A DNA stretch of 64,000 bases, from contig JANJGN010000031.1 in assembly GCA_026770705.1 (NCBI GenBank), positions 1,240,001-1,304,000 on the forward strand, given 5' to 3'. This DNA comes from Isurus oxyrinchus (lineage: Eukaryota). Below the pieces are notes generated by a model that was not told where the DNA came from, made no database searches, and was given only the letters and a program-made list of their open reading frames with translations. Below, one piece after another: positions 52,658 through 64,000 of the stretch. Position numbers and translations under genes: made by a program. Positions within the stretch are counted from its first letter, which is position 1. Every line of letters begins with the position of its first letter.

Positions 52658-55517
52658 CCTAAGGCGGCAGGAAACAGCTGCGAATGAGGAAACCGCGTGC
52701 TGTTTCAGCCTGTTTATTTTTGCAGTGGGAACATGTTTGTGAGAAGAGACGCGTTAGACTGGCAATGAATGATTAGATATTCAGATGCTGAAGAAGTTGC
52801 AAAGGATAATTTTCAAGGATTTCATCAGAACTGAAGTTTTGTGAGTATCGAATTATAACATAAAAAAGACTAGAGCTTGTCCACTGATAATGTCTTATTT
52901 GTCCACGAGGCCAGCAGAGGATGACGGAACCAACACTGCCCAGAACAAGGCTTAGCAGGAACACATGAAGGCCATTCAGCCCATCTAGTCTGTTACTGAG
53001 GAATATCAGCAGGTCATTCAAGTCATCACGCCTGTTACACATTTACAGGAAATGCCATTCAGCCCATCAAGCCTCTTAGGAACTGAAGGAGGCCATTCAG
53101 ACCCCCCAGCCTGTTACAGAGGAAAAGGTGAAGACCATTCAGCTTCTCGATCCTGTTGCACAGGAGCATGAAGAAGCCACTCAGCCCCTCAGCCATATTA
53201 CACAGAAACGTACGTAGTTAATTATTCCTCCAACCGGAAACAGAAAAAGACCATTCAGTCTATCGAAACTGCTCTGCCATTCAGTTGTGTCATAGCTGCT
53301 GTTTATTTTTAACTCCTTTAGCTCCATATCCCTACACACTTAAATCCGACAAAAGGCTATGAATATATATATTGAAAGTTATAATTCACCACAAGCCTCA
53401 CCCTTTGGGGCAGAGTTCCAAGTTCTGCTCCCCTTTCTGTGAGGAATTGCTTGGTGACATAATCCGGCTCTATTTTTCAACGTTTTGCCCCTTGTTATGG
53501 ACGCCCTCACCCCAAAGAAAATAGTTCCTTCTTCTCTTACCCATGAACTCCTGTATTTGAAATCTCGATCAGTTTACCATTGAATCTTCTCTATTCAATT
53601 GAATGGAAGCCAAGTGTTTGGAAAATATCCTCATAATTTGGCTCTTAAGCCACGATAACATAACCACGATAACATTGCAATGAACCTGCATTCCTCCCCC
53701 CAGCCCCCAACACCAACCCCTACGCCCCTTCATACACTCGTCGACCACCGCCCCCAACCCCCCCCCCCCCCCCGCCCCGCCGCCCCCCTCCCACCCCCAA
53801 CACATGGCTAATATATTCTGATGCAACTGAATGGATTCCAGATGAAGTTTGACCACGTGATTATTTTCTCCTTGTATTCCAAACCGCTTGAGATTAAAGG
53901 TCAAACTTCCAATAATATATTAACCTCATTTTGCACGCGTCTACATAACTTCTGAAGTATGTATTGATGCAATCCTTAACCTCCTTTTCACTCCACGGCC
54001 CCTGGCTTCTCAACATTTTGAAACATCCTGATCTTTCGGACTGAGGTCCAAAGTGCATAAACTCACACTCGTCCACATTTGAATGGCATCTGCCCCTTGG
54101 GCCACACAGCTTATCTATCAATGCTATCAATCTTTCTGATCCCTTGCAAATAGTTCTGTGTTGTAGCTTCACTGGGCTGATGCATCATTTTTAGCTGTAC
54201 CCGGTGTTGCCCGAGCACGTCTTCCTCCACTCTTTTTTGAACTCCTGGCTGATGGTAATGGCAGATAGGTTGGGGGATGGAAGGGTGGAGGTGGTGGTTG
54301 CAGAATATGCCAGGCCTTGAGATTACAGATTATGTTCGAGTACAATTCTGTTGCTGCCGATGGCCCACAGGGCCTCGTGGATGCCCAGTTTTGAGTTGGC
54401 AATTTATTTGAAATCCATTTAGTTTGGTACACACTACACAATGGAGGGTATCCTCAAGGTGGGGCTTTCTCTCTATGAGGACTGTGCGGTAGTCTCTCCT
54501 GTCATCACTGTTGCGGATAGATGGATCTGCGACAGTTAGATTGGTGAGGATGAAGTCAGGTAAGTTCTTCCCTCTCGGCTTCCTCAGCACCCCTCGCAGG
54601 CCCAGGCTCGCAGCTATAACCTTTAGGACTCGGCCAGTCTTGATGCTACTAAGCCAGTCTTGGTGATGGACATTGAAGGCCCGACACCGCAAACATTCCG
54701 TGCCCTTGATTGACAAGCTCAGCTTTTCTTCCAATTGGTGTTTGACACAGAGAGTTACTGATTCATCAACTGAGTTGGAGGTTGGGTGGGGTAGATTAAG
54801 GGGATGCGGTGATGATAGGCAGCTGGGTACGGCACTAGGTGGTGATCAGCAGAAGGTTTCCTTGCTCATGACTACATATGCTTATTCGTGAATTGATTTA
54901 AATTCCACCAGTTGCCAAGGTTGGTTTTAAACCTGTCGTCCGGACCATTAGCCCCGGCCTCTGGATTACTGGCCCAGTGACATTATCACTATGCAATGCG
55001 GTATTTAATCCAATTAGATGATAGATTACCTTTATTCATATGTCTCCAGTCAACATTCCTGAATAAACTAATGAAGAAAAAATTATGAATTTTAACTTGA
55101 AATGTTCAATCGACCACCAGCATTGACCATCGTTTTGGAGGACAAGAGTTCAAATTTTCCCCCATGCTTTGCCGCATGAATTGTTTTCTGACCTCCCTCT
55201 GAAAGGTCTCGTCCTAACTGTGAGGTTATATTATCCTGGTTCCCAATTCTGGTGGAAAGAACATCTTCATCTGTCCACGTGAAACTCCTTCTAACATGCA
55301 AAAAACTCACATCTGTTCGCCCCCCGCATCTTCTGTACTCAGGAAAACGCAGATGTAAACTGGCTTCATCAGTTATTTCTTCTTAAGAGTGGAGTGCGTG
55401 GTATAGTGGTAATGCTCTCGGGGAGATAGGTTCAAATCCTAGCACGGGGGCTGGCAAAATTTAAATTCAATGGAAAAAAGAGCATTTGGGATTGAAAGCT
55501 AGTCTCAGTAATACTGA

Positions 55518-57938
55518 GGCCGGGAGCTCTGGCGGGCTTCAGAAAAAGCAAGAAACCTCAGGCACCGGTGAGATGTGGTTTTGTGTAGGTTTTTAAAAAG
55601 TTAATAAAAGTTTGAATAAAAGTGATAGACATGTCCCAACTCAAGTGACAGTCTTAGATGAGGGGACATGTCAGGGAAGTCTTATTTTTGTGCAATGACC
55701 ATTTTTGAATTTGGTGCTGATCTCCCTGAGACAGCACTTAGCCTCAGGGAGGTGAATGCGCTCTTCCGTGCACATGCGCGAAAGAGCGCACTCCCGGCTG
55801 AGGGAATCCCCCCGCCGCTCGCACAGGGAGCACATAGTGCTTCCTGGCTGACGTCGCGCTGGGCAGGCCTGAATTAGCCCGCCCACGTAAAATGGTGGCA
55901 CGCCCCCAATCGGAGGAGCCGATCAGAGGCACGCCCTCTCCTGAACTCCCCAACCCCCTCCCCAACGGGGGAAAAATTCTTCCCCATGTAACTATCCAGT
56001 CAAAGCCCTCCACCTGTATATACTTAACCTCAATTGATACAATTAACACTAACTATACCCAATAGCCCTGGCATTAGCAATACCTGCTCAGTCTCGGGTT
56101 GTCACCTCTCCAGAATTGCCATGAAGTCTCCAGGAATTGAAGACTAGCCTCCCAGACGCGGCTGCAGCAAAACCTAGCAGAAAAACGTTCACTGGGGCAT
56201 TAAGAAATTGAGTTTCAAAAAATGTTTTGCGCTGGGGAAGCTGGATAAGAACACAAGGGGGAAAGGAATAGAGGAATATGCTGATACAGTTAGACGAAGG
56301 ACCATGGGTGGTCATTCTTATGGAGCATAAAAACTGGCACAGACCAGATGGGCTGAATGGCCTGTTTCTGGGCTGTAAGTCTGTATAATTATAAATATAT
56401 TGAAGTTAGGGAGAAAGGCTGTATTGCTGGGCGGGATAGGTAGAGATGAGGGGTAGCGTGTTGGAAAATACATCTAACCAAGAGTTACCAGTCAGAGATC
56501 TAATGTCTTTTCCAGTTTTGAATGAAGAAAAGGATCTCTCTAAGTTCTCAGGTATAACACCTCTCATCGCCCCATGGCTTCTTCCCATCCCTGTGCTAGC
56601 TATATCCTTGTGTCTTTTTTTTTTACATCTATGTCAGACAAACATTATTATGCTGTGTGAGGAAATTCTGAGTTCACTTGGCATCAAAATCACTCTGCGT
56701 GACGATTATTGCCTTCGATTATTAACATAACCTCTTTATTTTGAACATGTATCATTTGACAAAATGTGATTGGTATTCATTCTTGGCCTCTGTTAAGATG
56801 TCCGGGTATAATTCTTTCTGCAGCTCATTAGGAAATCAAGCACTGCAGATGATGTTGTATGTCATCTTCTACTCCACAGCTTGGCTCTGGGCTTGGGCTG
56901 GTGGTTTAGCGGGAGCCTTGAAACTAAATGAGCTGCATAAGGCTTTCATCCTGGGACTGATCAAGACTCATAAATGCAATTGAAAACAGATTGAAGTTGT
57001 GCCATTAGATGTGTTCAAACCGAGTCTAAAATTGAAACTTTGAGTAAACATCATTTACTAACTATTTGTCTGAATGTGGGATAGGATTTAGAAGAATGGA
57101 TTGCAGGTAATTTGGGGATACTGATCTGTTTCAAGACCAAGCGATTCTGTAATACGCAAGGCTTCTGGTGGTCCCAGGTCTGTCGCTCCCCTATCCCATT
57201 GTTTATATCTGCATGCATCAAGTTGAAAATGCTTTCACTTCTTCTGTGGGCATGCTCCTCTCTATCTCTGCAACCTCCTTTAATCCAAGATCTTTGTATC
57301 TGACCTCTGTGCTCTTCCATATTCTTATCTTCCATATCCTTCCCTCCCTTCATCCACATTTTCAGATATTGCCTGGGTCCCAGTCTCTGGAATCTCACCC
57401 CTGAACTTCCCCACCTCACTCTCCTCCTAAAAGCAGAAAGTACAGAAGAGATTTACAAGAATGATTCTAGAGAGAAAGATTCTGTAGCTATGAGGATTGG
57501 AGAGGTTGGGACTGTTTTCCTTGGAGAAAAGAAGGTTGACAAGGCAAGGTGGAATAGAGGATGGAGAGCATGATAGATCAGGGTCAAGAACCCGAGGGGT
57601 ACCTTCAGGGTATATAGGGAGAAACTGTTCCCACTCAAGAGCGCATCAAGAACCAGAGGGCACAGATTCATAATAATGGGAAAACGGAGTAAATGTGATG
57701 TAAGGAAAAAATGTTTTCACCCAGAGGGTGTTTCGAGTCTGGAACAAACTTCCTGAGAGGGTGGTGGAGGCAGGTTTCATCGAAGTATTCAAAATAGAAT
57801 TGGATTGTTATCTGAAAAGAGTGCATGCAGGGTTATAGGGATAAGGCGGGAGTGTTGGACTAGGTAGAATGCTTTTTTAGAGAGCCACTGCAGACTCGAT
57901 GGATTGCATCGCCTCCCTCTGCATGGTAAAGATTCTGA
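55518..57938. mobile_element. Composite block inserted into a SINE: Harbinger-like MITE fragment (~55520-55985), unique DNA, and CR1 3' end (57430-57935)
   Basis: The SINE is contiguous in the other three cassette copies (agtaatgctgaccatgg) but split here, with ctga on both sides. Confidence 0.6.
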
Positions 57939-58264
57939 CTATGGAGCTATTATTGACTGTTGTGAAAAAAACATCTGATGCATACATTAACTCCAGATCA
58001 ATGTGTTTCACCCTGAACCACCCTGTGAAATACCACTCAACTCAAGAGCAATTAGCGATGGGCAATAAATGCTGGCATTGCCAGCGATGCCCAAAAACCA
58101 CGAACGAATAGGTACGAATGAATCCGTTCTGCAATCCTTGCCAGCCTGATAGATACTTGCTTGCCCGCGTTGCCCAGACCGAGCGCATATTCCAGTGCCC
58201 AGAGTTCTGTAAAAGCTTCAGCAGAACATCATGCATTTGCTATCCTAATTCCCATCCCGTATAC

Positions 58265-58360
58265 TTGCAGCCAATCATAGAAAGAAGGGCGTGTCTTTCC
58301 GTCAGGAAGGGCGGGGATTGCTTGGGCCGGATAGGTTTTTCTCAATCGTTTGACGGAAGG
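58265..58360 (+). promoter_or_regulatory. Putative promoter of V6 (CCAAT at 58271-58275, GC boxes)
   Basis: ccaatcatagaaagaagggcgtg ... gggcgggg ... tttgacgg; homologous to the V1 upstream module. Confidence 0.5.
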
Positions 58361-58433
58361 CGGTTTGACTTCCAACAAAGCTGGCTTCTATTGTTCCCGC
58401 TCATCTCTCTAGCACAGAGAAATTTAGGCATTA

Positions 58434-58920
58434 ATGATGTACCTGTTACTGAGCCTCACGGCGTTATTTCAATGCAAATGACATTTTCATGAAATATATT
58501 TGTTTACAACAATGCTTTATCATTTAGTTTCCCTCTTCCTTTCTTGTTTGTTTTCTTTACTTTTGTTCTTTCACTAGAAAATGCCCTACTTATTGACCTC
58601 CTGCTCACTCCATCTCTTTCCCAGGCGTCAATTCAGCAAGGATCAAGCAGACTCCCGCTGCTATCTCCAAATTTGTAGGGCAGAAAATGAAAATGAATTG
58701 TGAGGCTGAGGGAGCCTGAAGGGCTGACATATTCCGGTACAGACAGTACCTGGGGAAAGAGATGCAGGTCATGTTTAATTCCGCAACTGCAACAATTGTG
58801 AATTCCGAGGGGAAGGTGGACGGTTTCACCGCAGAGCGACCGAGAGGCTCTGAGTTCCAGCTGGAGTCCTCCAGCCTGCGGGTGGATCACTCGGCCGTGT
58901 ATTACTGCGCCTGGAGTCTT
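58434..58920 (+). pseudogene. TRBV: TCR beta-type V segment V6 pseudogene; leader 58434-58473, V exon 58625-58920
   Basis: Leader MMYLLLSLTALFQ with donor GT changed to GC. VNSARIKQTPAAISKFVGQKMKMNCEAEGA*RADIFRYRQYLGKEMQVMFNSATATIVNSEGKVDGFTAERPRGSEFQLESSSLRVDHSAVYYCAWSL. TGA at 58717-58719 and conserved Trp changed to Arg. Confidence 0.9.
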
Positions 58921-58959
58921 CCCAGTGACTAAGAAAGATGGAGCAGCTCAACAAAAACC
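58921..58959 (+). promoter_or_regulatory. Defective 23-RSS of V6
   Basis: CCCAGTG (CAC lost) + 23 nt + ACAAAAACC. Confidence 0.87.
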
Positions 58960-61900
58960 CCAACGGCGGCAGGAAGCAACTGTGAACGAGGAAAGCCCGT
59001 GCTGCTTCAGCCTATTTGTTTTTCAGTGGGAACATGTGTATGAGAAGAGACGGGTTAGAATGGCAGTGAGTGATTAGATATTCAGACACTGAAGAAGTTG
59101 CAAAGAATAATTTTGAAGGATTATATGAGCACTGAAAGTGTGTCAATATCTGGAGTTATAACATTCAAAAGAATTGCGTTTGTCCACTGATAATGTGTGA
59201 TTTCGCCAGGGGCCAGTAGAGGGAGCTGTAGGATGACGGAATACACTACCCAGAACAAGGCTTAACAGGATCACGAGAAGGCCATTCAGCCCATCTAGTG
59301 TGTTACTGAGAAACAACAACAGGCCATTCAACTCATCACGTCTGTTATACATGAACAGGAAATGCCAGTAAGCCCATCGAGCCATTACACTGAAATAGGA
59401 GGAGGGCATTCAGGCCCTCTAGCGAGTTACACAGGGGCATGAATTGGCCATTCAGCCACTCGAGCCTGTTATACAGAAAGTTGAAAGAGCCATCCAGCCC
59501 CTCGAGCCTGTTACAGCGGAACAGGTGAAAGCCATTCAGCTTCTCGAGCGTCTTGAACAGCAACATGAAGAGACCATTCAGCTTCTCGAGACTGTTACAA
59601 AGGAACATGGAGAATTATTGTGATCATTCATTTCACCAGCCTTTTGAGAAGGAACTGGAAGAGGCGATTCAGTCAATCGAAACTGCTCTGCCATTCAGTT
59701 GCATCATAGCTGCTGTTTATCATTAACTCCTTCAGCTCCATATCCCTCGACATTTTTATCCGACAAAAGACTATGAATATTTACATTGAAGTTTAGAATT
59801 GACCACCAGCCTCATCCTTTGGGGAAGAGTTCTGATTTCCACTCCCCTTTGTCTGAAGAACTGCTTGGTGACTTAAACCAGCTCTATTTTTCAAAGTTTT
59901 GCCTATTGTTCTGAAACCCCTCACCCCAGAGAAAATAGTTACTCCTTCTATTACACATCAACTCCTGTATGAGAAAAATCGATCAGTTTACTATTGAGCC
60001 TTCTCTGTTCAAATGCATGGAAGGCATGCATTTGGAACATATCTTCTTCACTTCACTCTGTAACCACGGTAACATAACAATGATAACATCTGATCAATCT
60101 GCATTCCTCCCTTCAGCCCTCAGCACCACCCTTCCCCCACCAGCATCACCACCACCAGCCACCCCCCTCCCCCCACCCCAGACCACCACCCCCATACCCT
60201 GCAACCCATGGCTAATATCTTCATATGGAACTGAATAGATTCCAGATGAAGTTTGTCCACGTGTTTATTTTCTCCTCGTATTCCAATTCGTTTGAGAATG
60301 AAAGTCAACCATCCAATAGCCCATTAGACTGATTTTGTACACGTCCACCTAACTTCTGAAATATATCTTGATGTAATCCTTAATCTCCTTGCCACTCTAA
60401 GGCACCTGGCTTCTCACCATTTAGAAACACACTGTCTTATTGGACTGAGGTCCAGAGTGGATAAGCTCACACTTACCAACATTTGAATGGCACCTACCAC
60501 TTGGACCACTCACCTTATCTATCGATGCTATCAATCTTCCTGATCCCATGCAAATAGCCCTGTGTTGTAGCTTCATTAGGCTGCTACCTCATTTTTAGCT
60601 GCACCCTGTGTTGCCCGGGCACGTCCTCCTCCAAACTTCATTGAACTCCAGTATTGATCTCCTGGCTGGATGGTAATGTTAGATGGTGGGGGCGGGGGAT
60701 GGGGATGAGGGGCAGTGAGATATGCAGGGCCATGAGGCTACAGGTAGAGTTTGAGTACAATTCTGTTGCTGCTGATGGCGCACAGCACCTCGTGGGTGCC
60801 CAGTTTTGACTTGGTGATTTGTTTGAAATCCAATTAGTTGGTTATATTACCACACTACACGATAGAGGGTACTGTCAATGTGAAGATGGGACTTTATCTC
60901 TCTGAGGCCTGTGCATTGGTCTCTCCTGTCAACACTGTCATGGACAGATTGATCTGTGACAGTTAGATTGGTGAGAATGAGGTCAAGTAACTTTTTTCCC
61001 TCTTGGGTCCCTCAGCATCTCTCGCAGGCCCACTTTCGCAGCTGTAACTTTTAGTACTTGGCCGGTAATGATGCTACTAAACCAGTCTTGCTGATGGGCA
61101 TTGCAGTGCCCGACACTGTGAACATTCTGTGCCCTTCGTTGGCATGCTCAGCTTTTTTCCAATTGGCATTTGACGCGACTGTAACTGTTTTATCAGCTGA
61201 ATTAGAGGGTGGGTGGGTTGGTTAAGTGGGTGTGGTGGGTCTGGCAGAAGGTGGTATAAGCAGAATTTTTCATTTCTCATCACTGCAGATATTTATTAAT
61301 GAATTGAATTCAAATTCCACCAGATGCGAGATTGGATATGAAACAGTGGTCCAGAGCATTAGACTGGGTCTCTCGATTACTAGGCCAATGACATTGCCAC
61401 TATGCAGTGCGGCATTTAATCCAATTAGATGATAGCTGGCCTTTATTCATTCACCTCCAGTCCACATTCCTCAATGAACCAACGAAGAAATTTCTATGAA
61501 CTTTAATTTGAAATGTCCAATCGACCTCCAGCATTGACCATCCTTTTGGGTGCAAGAGTTCCAGTTTTTTCCTTTTTGCTTTTTTTGATGAAATGTTTCC
61601 TGGCCTCTTTTTTAAAGGTCTGGTCGTAATTGTGACGTTATATTATTCTGGTTCCCGACTCTAGAGGACAGAACAGCTTCATCTGTTCACCTGAAACTCC
61701 TTCTAAAAGCCCAAAAACTCATATCAGTTCCTCTCCCCCCACCTTCTGTAATCATGGAAACGCACATGTAAACAGTCTTCATAACAGTGAAGGGCGTGGT
61801 GTTGTGGTTATGATCTGGGGGAGACAGGTTCACTTCCTACCACGTGGGCTAGTGGGATTTAAATTCAATGAATAAAAAGGCATTTGGGATTGAAAGCTAG

Positions 61901-62339
61901 TTTCAGTAATGCTGACCATGGAACTTTTATTGATTGTTGTTGTGAAAAAAAACATCTAATGCCTACATTTAACAACAGACCTATGTGGTTCAACCTTAAT
62001 GATTCTCTGAAATACCACTGTGTTTCTCACGCGTCGGTGCAGACTCGATGGGCCGAAGGGCCTCTTCTGCACTTTGTGATTCAGTGGTTCTGTGATTCAC
62101 TCAATTCAAGAGAAATTAGGAATAGGCAACAAATGCTGGCTCTGCCAGCGATGCCCAAGTCCCACGAGCGAATATGTACATAAAATACCCTGAATCTTTC
62201 TGGTGAACCGGTTTTGCAAACTCTCAGAGCCTGATAGATCCTTGCTGGTGCGCACTGCCCAGATTGAGCGGACTCTTTCAGTTTCTGCCCAGAGTTCTGT
62301 AACACCTTAAGCAGGACATCACCTATTTGTTGTTATATT

Positions 62340-63055
62340 TCACTGGAACAATGGAGCAGGCCAAGGACGGATGTGTGGGCATGACAGCAGGGTGGAGTGT
62401 TGAAATGGCAAGCGACAGGGAGGTCTGGGTCAAGCTTGCGGACAGTTCCAATGAAACACAACGCCACTGGAGGAACAGCACCTCATCTTCCGACTAGGCA
62501 CTTTACAGCCTTCCAGACTGAATTTTGAGTTCAACAATTTTAGATCATAAACTCTCTCCTCCATCCCCACCCCCTTTCTGATTCCCCTTTTTTCCAATAA
62601 TTTATATAGATTTTTCTCTTCCCGCCTATTTCCATTATTTTTAAATGTATTTCCATCCATTGTTTTATCTCTGCCTTTTAGCCTATTTCGATCCTTTCCC
62701 CCCCACACCACCCCCACTAGGGCTATTTATACCTTGCTCGCCCTGCTTTCCACCCTTAATGTCACCTATGATCACATTCCTTAGATAATATCATCACCTT
62801 CAACACCTCTTTGTCCTTTTGTCTATGACATCTTTTGGTTATCTCCACCTATCACTGGCCCTCTATTGAGCTCTACCTGTCCCACCCCCCTTAAACCAGC
62901 TTATATTTCACCTCTTTTCTATTTTTCCTTAGTTCTGTTGAAGAGTCATACGGACTCGAAACGTGTACCTCTCCGCATATGCTGTCAGACCTGCTGAGTT
63001 TTTCCAGGTATTTTTGTTTTTGTTTTGGATTTCCAGCATCCGCCATATTTTTGCT
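62340..63055 (+). mobile_element. Penelope-like element with inverted 5' segment (62341-62445)
   Basis: 62341-62445 is the reverse complement of the GIY-YIG sequence that directly precedes the forward part (compare 40425-40530). Confidence 0.8.
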
Positions 63056-64000
63056 TATATATTCGACATAATCTTGTCGACCAAACATGTTCTTGACTAT
63101 AAAAATAGTAGGGTTAGAACGGAAGTGAGCAATTAAGTTGAGAAGCATGGGAAAGGTCTAAGGGTCAGTTAACAAGGATATTTCCAGGACTGAGAGATTT
63201 TAACTGTCAGAACAGACTAAAAATGTTTCTTTCTATTGAAACGTGAAGGTGAAGAGGGGGCACTGATAGAGAGCTTTGAAAATCTGAAAGCAGTTTTAAG
63301 GGATAGTTGACTAGGCCAGCATTTATTCCCCATACCTAATTGCTCTCGTTCAGAGTCACTTTGCTGAAGGACCAAATAAATAAAAAGTAGTCACTCATAC
63401 AGTTAACTGGGATTTCGGGAGAAACTGCTTTACCCAGAGAGTGAGATGTGCACCTCGCAGCTACAGAAATTGGGTTGAGGTGAATAACGAACTTGAATTT
63501 AAGGGAGAAGCTGCATAAAAACACCGGCCAGAAAAAGAATAGAATGAAATGACGATGGGGTAGAACTTCAATCCATCCTGTTGCTGAGGTACCGAGTAAA
63601 TTCAGTCAGCGGGTGGCACTGGCTTCCAGGTGTAGGCGAACTTGGCAAAGTAAATACTTGTGGAAACCATGACAGACATAAGGAAGTAATGCAGCTATTA
63701 TCGGAGAGATTTCCATACTTTCCCTATCGCTTATGTGATGACGTTTTGTTTAAGTTCTTCCTTGGGATATGGGCGTCACTGGCAAAGCCAGCAATTGTTG
63801 CCCAGCCGTAATTGCCCTTGAACTACTTGACTTGCTAGGCCATTTCAGAAGACAGCTAAGAGTCAACCACATTGCTGGTGTCTGGAGTCAGACCAGGTAA
63901 GGATGGCAGGTTCCCTACCCTAAGGGACATTAGTGAACCAGATAGGTTTTAACGACATTTTTACGATGATAGTTTCATGGTCACCATCACTGTGATAAGC

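Larger units (their letters stand above)
46820..62330 (+). repeat. Right arm of large imperfect inverted segmental duplication (includes a ~2.4-kb extra block at 55518-57938)
   Basis: Mirror image of 280-13420. Confidence 0.85.

Noticed and set aside
53690-53800. Poly-C / G-quadruplex-like tracts in each cassette (also ~1850, 2370, 5830, 60120)
   Set aside because: Length and sequence vary freely among cassette copies, consistent with neutral slippage.
3584-58920. Ig VH/VL, IgNAR/NARTCR or TCR-gamma identity for the V segments
   Set aside because: The WYRQ...QL(L/M)FYS...F(T/S)A.RP...YYCAWS pattern with 23-RSS fits TCR-beta best, and no Ig octamer was seen upstream of the leaders. A phylogeny is still needed.
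1-64000. D, J or C segments
   Set aside because: No 12/23-flanked D, no FGXG J with an upstream RSS and no C1-set exon were found by eye.

Overview
Eukaryotic, repeat-rich genomic DNA, most likely from a shark or other cartilaginous fish (inferred from the CR1, Penelope, SINE and Harbinger repeat content). No intact protein-coding gene was found. The window holds six T-cell-receptor V gene segments of TCR-beta type (leader exon, intron, V exon ending Y-Y-C-A-W-S, 23-bp-spacer RSS) that closely resemble the mammalian inverted TRBV30 lineage. All six are pseudogenes, each with different lesions. They form a large, old, imperfect inverted duplication: V1-V3 on the minus strand at ~0.3-13.4 kb mirror V6-V4 on the plus strand at ~46.8-62.3 kb. 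The ~33-kb spacer between the arms holds nested transposons (CR1, Harbinger, Gypsy, a Gmr1-type Gypsy, Penelope, SINEs), an orphan seventh leader exon, a ~3-kb minisatellite with a 37-38-bp unit, and an intron-containing pseudogene of a complement C1s/C1r/MASP2-type serine protease. The V segments show patchwork sequence sharing that suggests gene conversion. No D, J or C segment was found. All translations and alignments were done by eye; no database searches were run.
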